A DNA stretch of 64,000 bases, taken from Phoronis australis. Taxonomy: Eukaryota > Animalia > Phoronida. This document shows positions 49,831 through 61,678 of the stretch, piece after piece (the first letter of the stretch is position 1; every line of letters begins with the position of its first letter). Made by a program: the position numbers and the translations under genes. The stretch spans positions 65,129-129,128 of the forward strand of contig NMRA01000168.1 of NCBI GenBank assembly GCA_002633005.1, written 5' to 3'. Below the pieces are notes generated by a model. That model saw only the letters and a list, made by a program, of their open reading frames with translations, did no database searches and had not been told where the DNA came from.

Positions 49831-50525
49831 AGAACTTAACGATGAAAAAGCATTTGTTTGGTGCTACTTGTTTTCAGTGAAAAAAAGGAATTCCACGTGT
49901 CCACCATATCTTGTTCTTCATTGGTGACATTTCGCTGTACTCACATAATTGGTTATCTTTCCATGGACAACATCGTAATCAAATTTTGGAAGGCGCAATT
50001 GGGATGTTAAGTTTTCAAGATGCTTGTTTGAATTTTTAGCGACAATAGTGACAAATCGAACAGACATCTGCGCATTGTAATGATCTGTACCAGCTGGTGC
50101 ACAAGCTAAATTTTGCAAATGAAATTTACCTAAGTTGTGATTGTCATCTGTCAGTGCATACCTCACAGTTTGTGCTCACAAATAATTGGATCCAACATCT
50201 TAACATGAAATAACATATTTTGAGAAAGCTAGATTGCTCAACTGTCATCATCAGTTGTAATGTTGGGTAATTATTACTGGTAGTGGAGAGCAAACAGTGA
50301 CATTTTCACTGTTATTGTTTGTATTTTATTTTAAGTCCATGAAAAAAATGCAAAAAGATATTAAGTTCACTGCTAATTGGTAATCACTCTATTGCATGGA
50401 AATATGCAACAAAATGTTTTTCGTTGCTTTTGGGATGTACAACACTCGTTTTCATGCATGCCGTGTTAAAAATGTTGTATAGTAGTATAGAACTGCTCAA
50501 CTACGGTGATTCTGTTCCGTTTCAG

Positions 50526-50660
50526 GTAAACTGTTGGACCACTTGCCTTATGGTTTCACCAAAATCTTGATTAAACACTTAAACAAGCTCGCTCAGTCTG
50601 ACTTGGACAAATTGAAGATCGTCTGTGAGCTCACCAGACGAGAAGCTATTGAAGCTACAG
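50526..50660 (+). CDS. Adaptor gene, coding exon 3 (second death-fold domain, N-half)
   Basis: tttcag|...cag|gtttga, phase 1/1. Encodes KLLDHLPYGFTKILIKHLNKLAQSDLDKLKIVCELTRREAIEAT. Confidence 0.78.
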
Positions 50661-51577
50661 GTTTGACGTCTTCTTGATTGGTTTTCATGTTTTGTGTGAT
50701 GTGGTGTGTTGGTCCTTGGCCTATTGTTTACAGCCATGCCTATGTCACGTAGTCTTACTGATGGCACATCCTCAAAACAGCTCCAGATTTTGTTCAAATT
50801 TTGTACCCAGATATAGATTGGGGGGCAACTCCAGGCATTGTTCGAGTTTGGTGGCCTTAACCTAATTTTCAAGGTCACAGCACTAGATGTAGTTAACATG
50901 TTGCTATGTCAGAACCAAAGCAACTTTTACTGGAACTTGTTGATAAGTCAGTTTTAATCAACCACTAACCATCAGTCGTCTACCTTAAAAGGCTGTGTCA
51001 AGCATCCATGATATCAATTCACGCATTATCCGATTCAGTTTACACACATAGTTTTGCTCTGTCAATTTACACCACTTCAGTTTTCATCACGTCAAGACTG
51101 CTGTGTAAGGGCAAACATTAGTCACGGGAATGAGAATTCACAATTCACTAGATGGCCTTTCATTTGAACATTGACATGTCATTGTTTTGATGAGTTGATC
51201 ACCATGATCGGTTAATTCAGTCCTGGATTGAAGTTAACTTTGCAGTAAACATTTGGATTGAACAGTAGAGCGTCAAAGCTTCGGTGCTGCATGAACATTT
51301 AACTTCGGTATCATCAGAGTTATTGGCAGCTGTTGCTGTCAATGGTGTCTCATGTTGGGGTATTGTCTGGTTAGATATTCTCCATTCTGCCTCTTCAAAC
51401 TCATTTCGTTTATTATCCGACCATATGTGGAATTCTTGCTATGTTTTCAGAGCAAGTTTTAAGCAAGGAATCTTCCCGTAGAAATACCTGCGTTCAGGTT
51501 TATCACGTTGATCTCATCGCATGAACGTCCCCATATACTAATGAGCTATTGTCAATCTCTTGTTATCAAATTTTCAG

Positions 51578-51715
51578 ATGGTGAAAAACTATTCGATAAG
51601 CTGGCGGAAAAGAATTTCACATATGATATGCTCATGGCTAATTTGGAAGCCGAAGGTCTCATGTGGATCTTTAGTAGACAGGAGTCGTCAGGTCAATCTG
51701 GATCTACTGTGAAAG
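51578..51715 (+). CDS. Adaptor gene, coding exon 4 (death-fold C-half)
   Basis: ttttcag|...aag|gtaaa, phase 1/1. Encodes GEKLFDKLAEKNFTYDMLMANLEAEGLMWIFSRQESSGQSGSTVK. Confidence 0.78.
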
Positions 51716-54147
51716 GTAAAATCTGGTAGTCTATAGTTATGGTATAGAATAATGGCAACCCGTTATTTTCCCAATCAAGTTTTACTTATGAACCACCTGT
51801 ATTCAGTTACACAAGCTATACATTGTTTTTTGTCACTTTTCGACTGCTCTAAAAACAGTGATTTTGGTCATCATCTTTAGGAGTTATGGTACTAGAGACC
51901 ATAGTTTTCCGCAATAATGGAAATCTAGCGAAATTCATGGCATCTGACTTCTCTTACGAAATCAAAGATTTTGAACAGTTTCCATATTACAGTATGTCGG
52001 AATAATTATTGATTATGTAACCGGTGGGAAAAGTTAAGTCTCTATCACTGTATGTACTTTTAATCATGGGTTCAATCCAAGAATAGTATTTTGCTTACTG
52101 AAAGGTTGTTTACTATTAGTTTTTACTACTTTGCGACCGTGGTCATGACAAGGGTGAATGACTTCATGATAGTTCAAGGACAAAATGATAACCAATCATC
52201 AGATTAGATGAAATCTTGTGATTTTCATTAGCCGACCGTTATTTAGGATAGGGTACAATGTTTAAGATAATGCCAACTCACCAAATGCAACCTTTCAGAA
52301 TTCCCAGTCCGCCAAACAGGATCTGAGGCAATAATCTCATTGTCATCATTAAAGTCAATCTATCTAGACATGTGATCTTGTGCTTTGGAACCTTCTGAGG
52401 GTCTTTTTGACTGGGACAGTTGAATGGAAATATTTAGCATATGACACGGGGCCAAGGAGGATGCATAAGCAAACTTAAAAAAGGATTTCTGCTGTGTATG
52501 TTTGAGTGGCGTTATTTAAGAGTTCTCTAACTTGAGACTGTGGATATTTGTGAAGGCCACGTGAATAAAACAGAAGGAAATTGTTTCATAATCCATGTTT
52601 GTTTCTTAACAATAGGGCATTCCAAACTCCTTTGAAAACCCTGCAAAATTGTTAAGCAAAGCCAGAACATATGAGTACTATGAGTTGCGTACTGCTAGGA
52701 GCATACTATTTGTGATGTTGTCATGGGTGCGTTTCAACGCTTTGCATTTGTTGTCTTTATGATTGGCCATCTCAGTATGGAAAATTTCACCTTCCACAAT
52801 GTAGCTTCCATAACCACAACTTAATGACCTGAATCATTGGTTTGTGTAAACGGCTACAGCTCTCCAGTCCTCAAAAAATCGCCAGTCATGCTCTGCTTCA
52901 GACGCCTTATACCCCTGTTATTGATATCCTCAGAGTCCAAACGCCTTGGTGTTAATGTGGTGAAGTATGATAAATTTCGAGTTTATCATGTGGCAGAAAT
53001 GATAGCTGAGTATTACAGTGACAAAGCACTTGCATTAGGTTCAAGCAAGTTCTTTACTGTGCATTATGTGTTTATGTAGGACATTCTGTGGACAATTGAT
53101 ATGTATTATTGGAGCGGGGTTCCTGCTTTGAGGTTGACTACAAGCTGTTCGCAAATTGATTGATTTCAGCTGAAAATGGACACAGCCACCTTGTAAGCAA
53201 TAGCTCTGGAAGTTTCCTGACTCCCAACATTGCACCTAGTAACAGGACATTGCCACCACCGGTACAACAGTTGAATGCTGGTAAGAGGACTTATGGTGAA
53301 ATATTTGCTAAGCTCTTGATCTTTTCTTGAGAATTTTTTAAATGAATGGCAATGAAGACACGATGTACACTTTTCATTCTTGTTGTTTTTATTTTTCTCA
53401 ATGGTTTTCACGTGTCAATTTTATTGTCATTGTGAGTACAGTGTATAAAATCCATTCAAATCAATCAGTTAGTCAGTCAGAAATGACTAAACTTTCAGTT
53501 CAGATTGAGTTCATGGTTTAGCTAAAATTGTGCAGTTGCTTCGTATAAAATCTTCATTAAGTTCTTGATAACAAACGAAAATTCTGCTCTCAAAATTCTT
53601 GTCCTCGGTATCAGAAAAATCTGTCATTGTAATATACAATGCCTTCATGGTTTGTTACGTGTTCTGACAGTGACGTAAGGTGGCACCAAAAATCAAGTTC
53701 AGTTGGGCACTTGACCAGTGGATATTTAAGTGATTACAGTAAAATCTTACCAATTCGGACAAAAATGGTTGCCAATTTTTTTCTTTTTTCAATGGTTTCT
53801 AACATTGTTTTGAATGTCCACAAATTTTCAAAATGTTTCTATTAGTAACTTAGGTGCAAGACTTGAACACAGAAATGTGTTAATTTGGTGCTACATAGTT
53901 TTCATCAAAAAATGAAACAATAAGATTTCACTTGTCTGTCATATGGTGTCCTAAATTGGTGTTCAGTTTACCATTTTAATATTCAGTTTTCTTGTCAAGT
54001 TAGTAACTAGGACGAACAGAATGGATTCAGATGTAAAGACTAAGAAAATAGTTCAAGAAAGACTTGACAAAACTGTGGCTTTTTGCATTTTGATCGTTGA
54101 CTTGATTGGACTTGATAGCTTGAGAAAAATAGAAATGAAATGGTGTG

Positions 54148-54311
54148 CAGTGGCGGTTTTAGAGGGGGGGGCAAAGGGGCCATGGCTCCCCCCTAAAATT
54201 CTCCCAGATTCCATTTGGCAGTACGGGGGTGCGAATGTCTGACGGGCAAAATCCTGGTTAATACTCTGCCCTGCCCCCCCCCCCCAACTCAAAATCCTGG
54301 ATCTGCCCCTG
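54148..54311 (-). mobile_element. MITE with 5-bp TSD (hAT5-like)
   Basis: CAGTGGCGG...GGATCTGCCCCTG; flanks GTGTG/GTGTA. Reverse complement of 44608-44763. Confidence 0.75.
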
Positions 54312-54372
54312 GTGTAATGGCACATGTGGTTGTGTTTCTTTGGCTTTCCATTGGCATCTTTTGAACTTGTAG

Positions 54373-54516
54373 GCACCACAGCGACTCACTCTGAACCTTC
54401 TGGCAAGGTAGTACAACCTGGTCAACTTCAGCATTCTGCCAGGGTATTAGCAGCTGGACCACAACCTTCTAATAGTGTTGCACAACCCGCAGAGCAGAAT
54501 GCTGGACAAATCCCAG
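54373..54516 (+). CDS. Adaptor gene, coding exon 5 (Q/P/S/A-rich)
   Basis: ttgtag|...cag|gtaatg, phase 1/1. Encodes TTATHSEPSGKVVQPGQLQHSARVLAAGPQPSNSVAQPAEQNAGQIP. Confidence 0.75.
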
Positions 54517-55099
54517 GTAATGGTAATTTCTCATCTGCTACGCCGTTTGGCCCGGGGTCTGAGCTCAGTTAACCCCCTGTATGTAGAGGTAACCTTGCTG
54601 TGGATGGCTAGTAGCAATGAAAGTCGTGCAATTTAAGTTGTTTGTGGAAGATGTGTCTGTGCAAGACATGTTTAATGCACACTTAAATTATCAACAATGA
54701 TCTTTAGGTGGTTTCAATCCATCTATGTTTGCCAAAGTTACGATGTGACTGTGTACCTTTGTTTAAAGCCCATGTTATTTTCCTTGGAAAGGAGGCTCTA
54801 AGTCTGGTTATGCAGTTACGTAAACAAACGTGCACTGAGAATTTTTGCCAACTATCGCATTAGTACCACTTGGACATTTTAATGTTTAAACTCTTGACAT
54901 GGTGCAACTGACATGGTGCAAGATGATTGGTGTCAAATGACGTTCACACAGCCACATACATTATGCAATTCTGAAACATTGGCAAGGCAAACTTAGAAAG
55001 GAAGGTGGAGTGCATAGGGCCACCCTAAAGTACAAACAATCTTAGCAAATTTATTCTGGTGGAATGAATGTTCGAAACTGACACTGTTGCATAGTATTA

Positions 55100-55300
55100 A
55101 AATCATCATTATTACCTATCGGTGGCTTGGTTAAGTTTGAGAGCCTAACTTTCGGGCCCATCTTGGGCTCTTCATCGGGGCACTGGCAGGGATCTCTATG
55201 TCACGTGATCTCTTGTGGGCGGTGCCTGGCTGTCAATTTAGAGGAGGCGCTGGTAAATGAAAGGTAATTCGTAAATCTGAGAATCAGTCGAAATCATGAG
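55100..55300 (-). mobile_element. Penelope-like 3' fragment with degenerate hammerhead
   Basis: Minus strand LMISTDSQIYELPFIYQRLL* (55300 to 55238), then GCC-CCGATGA-A-GAGCCCA-AGA-TGGGCCC-GAAA-GTTA-GGC (55181 to 55143). Confidence 0.65.
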
Positions 55301-56008
55301 TAATAAACCAGAGTGGTTGCCACTTACCAGTGCCTCCCTTCAAACGTGCATGGGTGTGAAATTGCAAATCGTCCCCTGAACACAGACTTTTTGCTCAGGA
55401 ATTTCACGCATCCTGAGTAAATCATCAGACTATCGCAGCGAAATTGCGTTATGTTCAGGAGAATTTTCATTGCCTGTGCCCTCACAGTGGTTTTCTTATG
55501 GAATTATTGTCAAGTTTTGTCTGTCTTACTGATTTAGCTATTGATATAGTAATTTGGTTTTGATTTCTTGATTCTTTGACTTAAAGATGTATTTGGATGC
55601 TCCTAACTATGCTAATGTATAGCAGGAACTAAACGACAATGCTAGTTGAACGTCATCTACGCTAAACAAAATGCAGTTGTATTCACTGACAACTTGTAAA
55701 TGTTAAAAAGTAAAAATTCTGCAAATACGTGACCTTTGCACTAATGACGTACTTTGGGGCTCACATAACTCGCATCATGCTATGTTATTCACCAACACCA
55801 CATCACAATACTTACTGGACACGGTTGAGTGATTTATGGCGGATCATTTTCGACACAAAACTCGTTCTTAAAAACAATCGCAATTTTCAAGTTACTTCAT
55901 ATACACATCGCTGCTATATGTTGTGTTTCTAGCTAATTTGACCAAGCAATCATAGAGATAAGGAATTAGCGTTCAAGTTTCACTTTACCTTTTAGTATTA
56001 TTTTGCAG

Positions 56009-56241
56009 AACATCACGGAGTCAGCAAGAGGCCGCTCCAAACCCGAACTCCAGATGCCTCTGCTCAGGAAAACCTTGCAATGCAAGCCGATCAACTACAG
56101 AAAAATGTGTATGTGTATTCACCATCTACGTTGATCGAAAAAGATATTGAGAACTTGAAACTTGATGAGTCATTAAGAGAGACCACTGGGGTACATGAAA
56201 ATCGTGAAGTATCCCTGCATGGGAGTAACCAGCCTGAATAG
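56009..56241 (+). CDS. Adaptor gene, terminal coding exon
   Basis: ttttgcag| phase 1. Encodes HHGVSKRPLQTRTPDASAQENLAMQADQLQKNVYVYSPSTLIEKDIENLKLDESLRETTGVHENREVSLHGSNQPE*. Confidence 0.72.
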
Positions 56242-57229
56242 GCGCATGTGAATTTGTAACTCTTGGCTTGTTTCTTGGAAGAGTCATAATTAGCTGTTGT
56301 GTTTTGAGTTTAACTAAAAGTCGGAAATGTTAGTAAAAATAGTCAAAAGTTCATTTTCTGGTCTTTTAGTTTCTCGAAATATTTTTTCTTCTGTCTATTA
56401 GAGCAGATTACAGATTTCTGTCTTTTCGAGTTATGGACAGATTTCTGATTTTCAGCCTTAGCCTGTTTACATGAAACAGTCTGAGCCATCTGTAGACGGA
56501 TCATTTTAGGTGAAAGTCAAAAGACAATTAAAGCTAATGGCTCCTTAATAATTTGAAAACGAAACCTAGAGTTGGCTGTTGAACATGTTGTGAGGCATGA
56601 GTTTGCATCAGCCAGAATGATTATTTGTAATTTACTTTCATCACTAATCATATTTTCCTTTGTTAAATAAGTATAAAGTTAACACATTTTTGTGCTTGTG
56701 CATCCACTGGACGCTAACGAACATCTTTACAGTGTAAGTCTGCTTTTAGACAGGCATAGAAATTTCCGGTGTTGTTCCGTTATTATTGTGAGATTGTGTC
56801 AAGCATATTTTTGGGTTTTATAATGAGTTTCCAATATTTTACAGGCACATGTTCCAAAAAAGTATTTCTTTGTCGCATTGACCTAGGTCACATCAGTGTA
56901 ATTCAAGTGCTCTATGTGGGTAAAGTTTGGAACATGACGCTTCTGTTGTTGGTAAGATGTACAATGTTTTCATTTAAGTGCTACATCTGCTATTAACTCA
57001 AGATTGTTTTGCCATCTAATTACCCACTGATGTATAGTACGTTTATCGTCACATTGTAGCTGGAATGAGGTCCTTCTAAACCTTACACACTTGTATTGCC
57101 TCTTTCATATGAGAAAGTACTATAAGTTGAGTGCTCACAACTTGTTAGGTGTGCCTTAGGTTGAGCATAGTACTCCAAGCACCTTGCTGTGGTACTATGT
57201 TTGGTATTTGACTTGACATAATCGTGTAT

Positions 57230-57920
57230 TGTGACTCTTTTATGCATCACACATCATGCCGTCATTCCTCTCCATCCGTGCCCCTTAGTGGTAACTTTGC
57301 GCGTGTTTCTATATCTATCTAGAATGAAATTTGGCAGATTTCTGCTCCAGAGACACGTCAACATTTGCAGATGGATTCAACGTATTCTGTGACTTCAAGT
57401 TGTCACTTATTTTTTTATTTAGGCAGCCACGTCTTCTCTTGTGTGCCTAAGTACTCGAAGGATCATTATGAAATTTTATAGCCGAATTCCTATTGGGAAG
57501 ATCAAGTCTCATGAAAATTTTAAGGTGTGTCCAACTACTGTCATGACCATTTTGGAATTTTTTTTTTACTTGTGGCTTAGTATCTGGCAGTTTCCTTATA
57601 GTTCTTGAAATTTGATGTACATATGTGTTCCAGTTGAGAATAATGAGCCAGATGTTGATTTTCGGACAATGCCGACTACCGTGGCATTCTGTAGTGACAG
57701 TTTATGTTTTCTTTGCTTATAGCTCGTTCCTTGATGTATGTTCGTAAATTTTGGCTAACAAGTTTCTGCCAAGACGACTACCACTTGCCTGGTTTTAAAC
57801 AAATTGACTTTTGCTACACCCTCTAGTGGTCTTTTTTATTTTATGCATCACACCCCTGGAAGCAGTGCATCTGAAATACAGTTGTGTGTACATTTCAATG
57901 CTTTGGGCTGTCCTCGTTAA
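57230..57920 (-). mobile_element. Older copy of the HINE-like family
   Basis: Minus-strand start AACGAGGACAGCCCAAAGCATTGAAATG, with CCACTAGAGGG and AAATTTCAT motifs shared with 61679-63300. Confidence 0.45.
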
Positions 57921-59105
57921 GTATGAATTGATTTTGAATTAAGGACGGTACGGATTCATGAATATTAGAACTGAGCAGGGAATGTAAACAGCACAAAACA
58001 TTGGCTAATACAGTAATCTACATGTGGAAAGTCGTAGGCTTGAATAAAAAAAATTGTCGTTTCTTGTTGGTTTGTTTATCTTAATTACTTTTCAAACTGC
58101 ACCACGTTCAAAGAACACACTGAAACTACAGGTAAAATGAGGAAGAATTGAGTTGTGGTTTCCTAGAGAAATCTCAGTACTTCGGCAACATGTTTTCTTC
58201 AGAACATGTTCATGTTTAACACAATGAACTGTCATTGTTAAATGCAAATGGAACATCACATTGTGTTAAACAAACATATTATAAACACCTGTCGTTTTTA
58301 AACTGCCTGTCTCGTTCATTACCACCAGCTCATGGAAAGGTTCGTGCGCAAGAAAAATACTGTTCATTTCCCGGTTTGGAAACTTTTAAGTTAAAACTGT
58401 CAGTTGTATAATCCACAGTACCTTGGTTTCACATTTTAAGAAGACCGTACATAACACGTTTTATTCTTTACAAATTAAGAGTCTGACACAACTTTTTGGT
58501 ACGTATCCTACTGGCATTATGTGACCCAAGATGAATGAAAAAAAATCACTGCAGCACACTTATGTCTCACAGACTATCATTTTCATTACATTTACGCTAT
58601 TTTTTTCCCTCAATCATGTCTTACTTTTATTGTCTGTTTTTATTTATAGTTACATTTTAGTTAATCGTCTCGTCTTTCTTTACCTTCTATTTATCATATT
58701 TTATTTTTTATTTTATTTCATCAGTCTTTCCATGTTAATTTCTTATTCTTTGCAAATTATTTAGATATTGTCTTTCATTTTGTAATTCTGTTAGTTTGTC
58801 TTACTGTCTGTATGTTTTTTACCGAGGGCCCCCATGGAAAGCAGTGTGAACTGATGGGGCTACCCTCATTGTAAATATTACATTAATAAATAAAAATAAA
58901 TAAATCGTTGAAAAATTGTCAAAACGAAATTTAACAAACTATTCACTTTGAAAACGCAAATATTTTTACCTATAAGGTTAGCCACAGGCGCTAGCAGGTT
59001 GCAAGATGGCAATGACACATAGCCTTTTCACAGCAGTTATGAGCATTATTGGGCCAATGTCCCTTTCTCCGACATGGTGCATTTGGCTACTAAATCGGGA
59101 TTTTA

Positions 59106-59224
59106 CAGGGCTTGGAATTTTCCGCGGAAACGCGGATTTCCGCTTTTTTCAATGTTCTGTCCGCGCATTTTATTATATTTCCGCGTAAAAAAAAGTCGGA
59201 TTTGATGTAAAATTTCCGCGGAAA
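59106..59224. mobile_element. Left end of a hAT-like element, truncated at a contig gap
   Basis: CAGGGCTTGGAATTTTCCGCGG with CCGCG subterminal repeats; absent from the duplicate copy after the N. Confidence 0.55.
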
Positions 59225-59954
59225 NATTTTAGTTAATCGTCTTGTCTTTCTTTACCTTCTATTCATCATATTTTATTTTTTATTTTGTTTCATCAGTCTT
59301 TCCATGTTAATTTCTTATTCTTTGCAAATTATTTAGATATTGTCTTTCATTTTGTAATTCTGTTAGTTTGTCTTACTGTCTGTATGTTTTTTACCGAGGG
59401 CCCCCATGGAAAGCAGTGTGAACTGATGGGGCTACCCTCATTGTAAATATTACATTAATAAATAAAAATAAATCATTGAAAAATTGTCAAAACGAAATTT
59501 AACAAACTTTTCACTCTGAAAATGTAAATATTTTTACCTATAAGGTTAGCCATAGGCGCTAGCTAGGTTGCAAGATGGCAATGACACATAGCCTTTTCAC
59601 AGCAGTTATGAGCATTATTGGGCCAATGTCCCTTACTCCGACATGGTGCATTTGGCTACTAAATCGGGATTTTAATTACAACAGACATTAACGTCGTCCC
59701 AACACTTAACGCAGCCTTTCACTGTTGAGCTGTTTAGACCTACTCAGGCATGTAATGATTTAACATTAAGATTACACTATGTTAAAACATATATTATATA
59801 ACAAAAGACACATTACATTAATGCAAAAGTTCAAATCCGGTTGCTATTAAATACATCATGTAGTCCTTTCCTCACATCTGTTACATCAAATCCTCAAAAG
59901 GTATTAACATATTCCAATGTTCAGTCTTTCATTTCTCTAGCACAATGCATCAAC

Positions 59955-60003
59955 TTAATCCATTCTTGCCTTTAGTGTTCTTGTTGTCACCTTGTCTTTT
60001 TCT
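59955..60003 (-). CDS. PSMB3: Proteasome subunit beta type-3, last exon
   Basis: gttacag| phase 2. Encodes (I)EKDKVTTRTLKARMD*, the conserved PSMB3 C-terminus. Confidence 0.95.
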
Positions 60004-60472
60004 CTGTAACACAGAAACAACAAAAACTTTGTCATCTTGGACAACACAGAAACACCTTAGCATCAGAGACAATTTTTCCCTAGATCCAGGAAGATTGTTT
60101 ACAGAGTACTACTTGCAAACAGTCCCTACTGAATGCAGATTGAGATACCTATTTTAAAGCAGAGGGGCAATCCTACAGGTATCTCTTTTATGATAAGTAT
60201 CTTTTTTACTTAAGTATTTACAATACAACACTGCAGGTCTCAAAATGCATTTAACAAGTTTACAGTGCAATTTACTGAGAACGAGAGTGCTCAAAGCAAA
60301 TACTTGATGGAGTTTTAAGAATTCAAGAGTGAACGTGTTTGCCAAATTGTCCACATTTACAGACCCCAACCACACATCTTGCACATGAAAGTTGGCATAT
60401 CAAACATCTCAGTTTAGATCCATTGCCTAAAAGCCTATTTTGTACCATCCTCTTTCAATGACCAATACATAC

Positions 60473-60567
60473 ATGATGTGTACCACAGCTCCCCAACCAG
60501 ACATGGCATCTCTGTCGACGGCATTCAGCAGGGCTTGACTGACGCATTCAAACAAGTCGTCTGGATT
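60473..60567 (-). CDS. PSMB3: Proteasome subunit beta type-3, penultimate exon
   Basis: ttccag|...|gtatgt, phase 0/2. Encodes [31 protein letters not shown]. Confidence 0.95.
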
Positions 60568-61058
60568 CTGGAAATACCAAGCAATTTGGCCTCGATGTCA
60601 TTTAGTAGCTTTTGCACACTTTTACACTGGAAGTAGTACTCACCAGCACTTTATCAAGGAGCAATGACTGATATGTACATGTACACAAGAAATGCTGCAA
60701 ATCAACAAAACGATCCTTAGTCTGGGTTAACTCTCACCTTTCATGTTTATTTTCAGGGATGCAACATTCATACATTAGTAAGATACTATTTCTTTAGTTT
60801 TCATTCATACCCTTAATGTTTGCATTAATGAATTATTTATGTGCCAAATGTGTAATTTAATTGGAAAAACTTCAGTTGACTTCAATAACCTAGCAAATCT
60901 CCATAAGCCATTTAAGCCCTTTAACATCTAATAGTTTTTGCAGTGTTGAACACCGCTGTTGCTTTAATAGTGCTCAGGTCAATATCCAAATTTTGTCACA
61001 GAGAATATTATCTTAGATATTTGATTTTTCCTTCAAATCATGGAGATATCGGGTGTCA

Positions 61059-61264
61059 CATGCGCGCATCCAGGAGGGGCTCGGGGGGGGGGGGGNGGGT
61101 CATTTGGTCCGCTTCCAAGAAAATGAGACAATAGTCCACTGAACAAGCTCGAACACGCCATTCACAGTGGTGCCTCCATTTTTTTTAGTCCGCCCGCTTT
61201 TTTGTTACCAAAAGGTCAACGTCAGGAATTTAGCCCCCCACATTGAAGGCTGAGTGCGCGCATG
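61059..61264. mobile_element. MITE with perfect 5-bp TSD TGTCA
   Basis: CATGCGCGCA...TGCGCGCATG, flanked by TGTCA at 61054-61058 and 61265-61269. Confidence 0.8.
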
Positions 61265-61678
61265 TGTCACCAAAATAAGGACTTGGGACGTCATTGTGAA
61301 GAGAGACTGCTGGCTGACATCTATGTTTTTGAGGGTACCAAAAATAAAAAAACTGATACACAGTTCCAAGCACAGACTCCTGCAGGGATTCTTTTCAGAA
61401 ATTTGTGTTCACCGTAAACAAAATTAACGCAGAGCAATTATATGCACGCACGGCGTGCACAGCATACAGCAAAGATACAAGAGATAATAGTTATTTTAAA
61501 CATTCCCACTAAAAGCAGCAATGCTAGTAAACTTAATAATAACCTTATAAGGAGTGCAAAGCACGTAAGAAATGATATACTCGATAGGAAAATACCTGTC
61601 ACCTTGCATCACGATTCTTCAATACAAGACGTTTGGAGGATAGGGAGGGAGGGAAGACGACAAAGGACACAAAAAATC

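Noticed and set aside
52299-52375. Possible extra adaptor exon (cctttcag|EFPVRQTGSE...)
   Set aside because: No convincing GT donor before the in-frame stop; the gene model closes without it.
56104-56124. NVYVYSP as a RHIM-like amyloid core
   Set aside because: Does not match the (I/V)Q(I/V)G core; too short to support.
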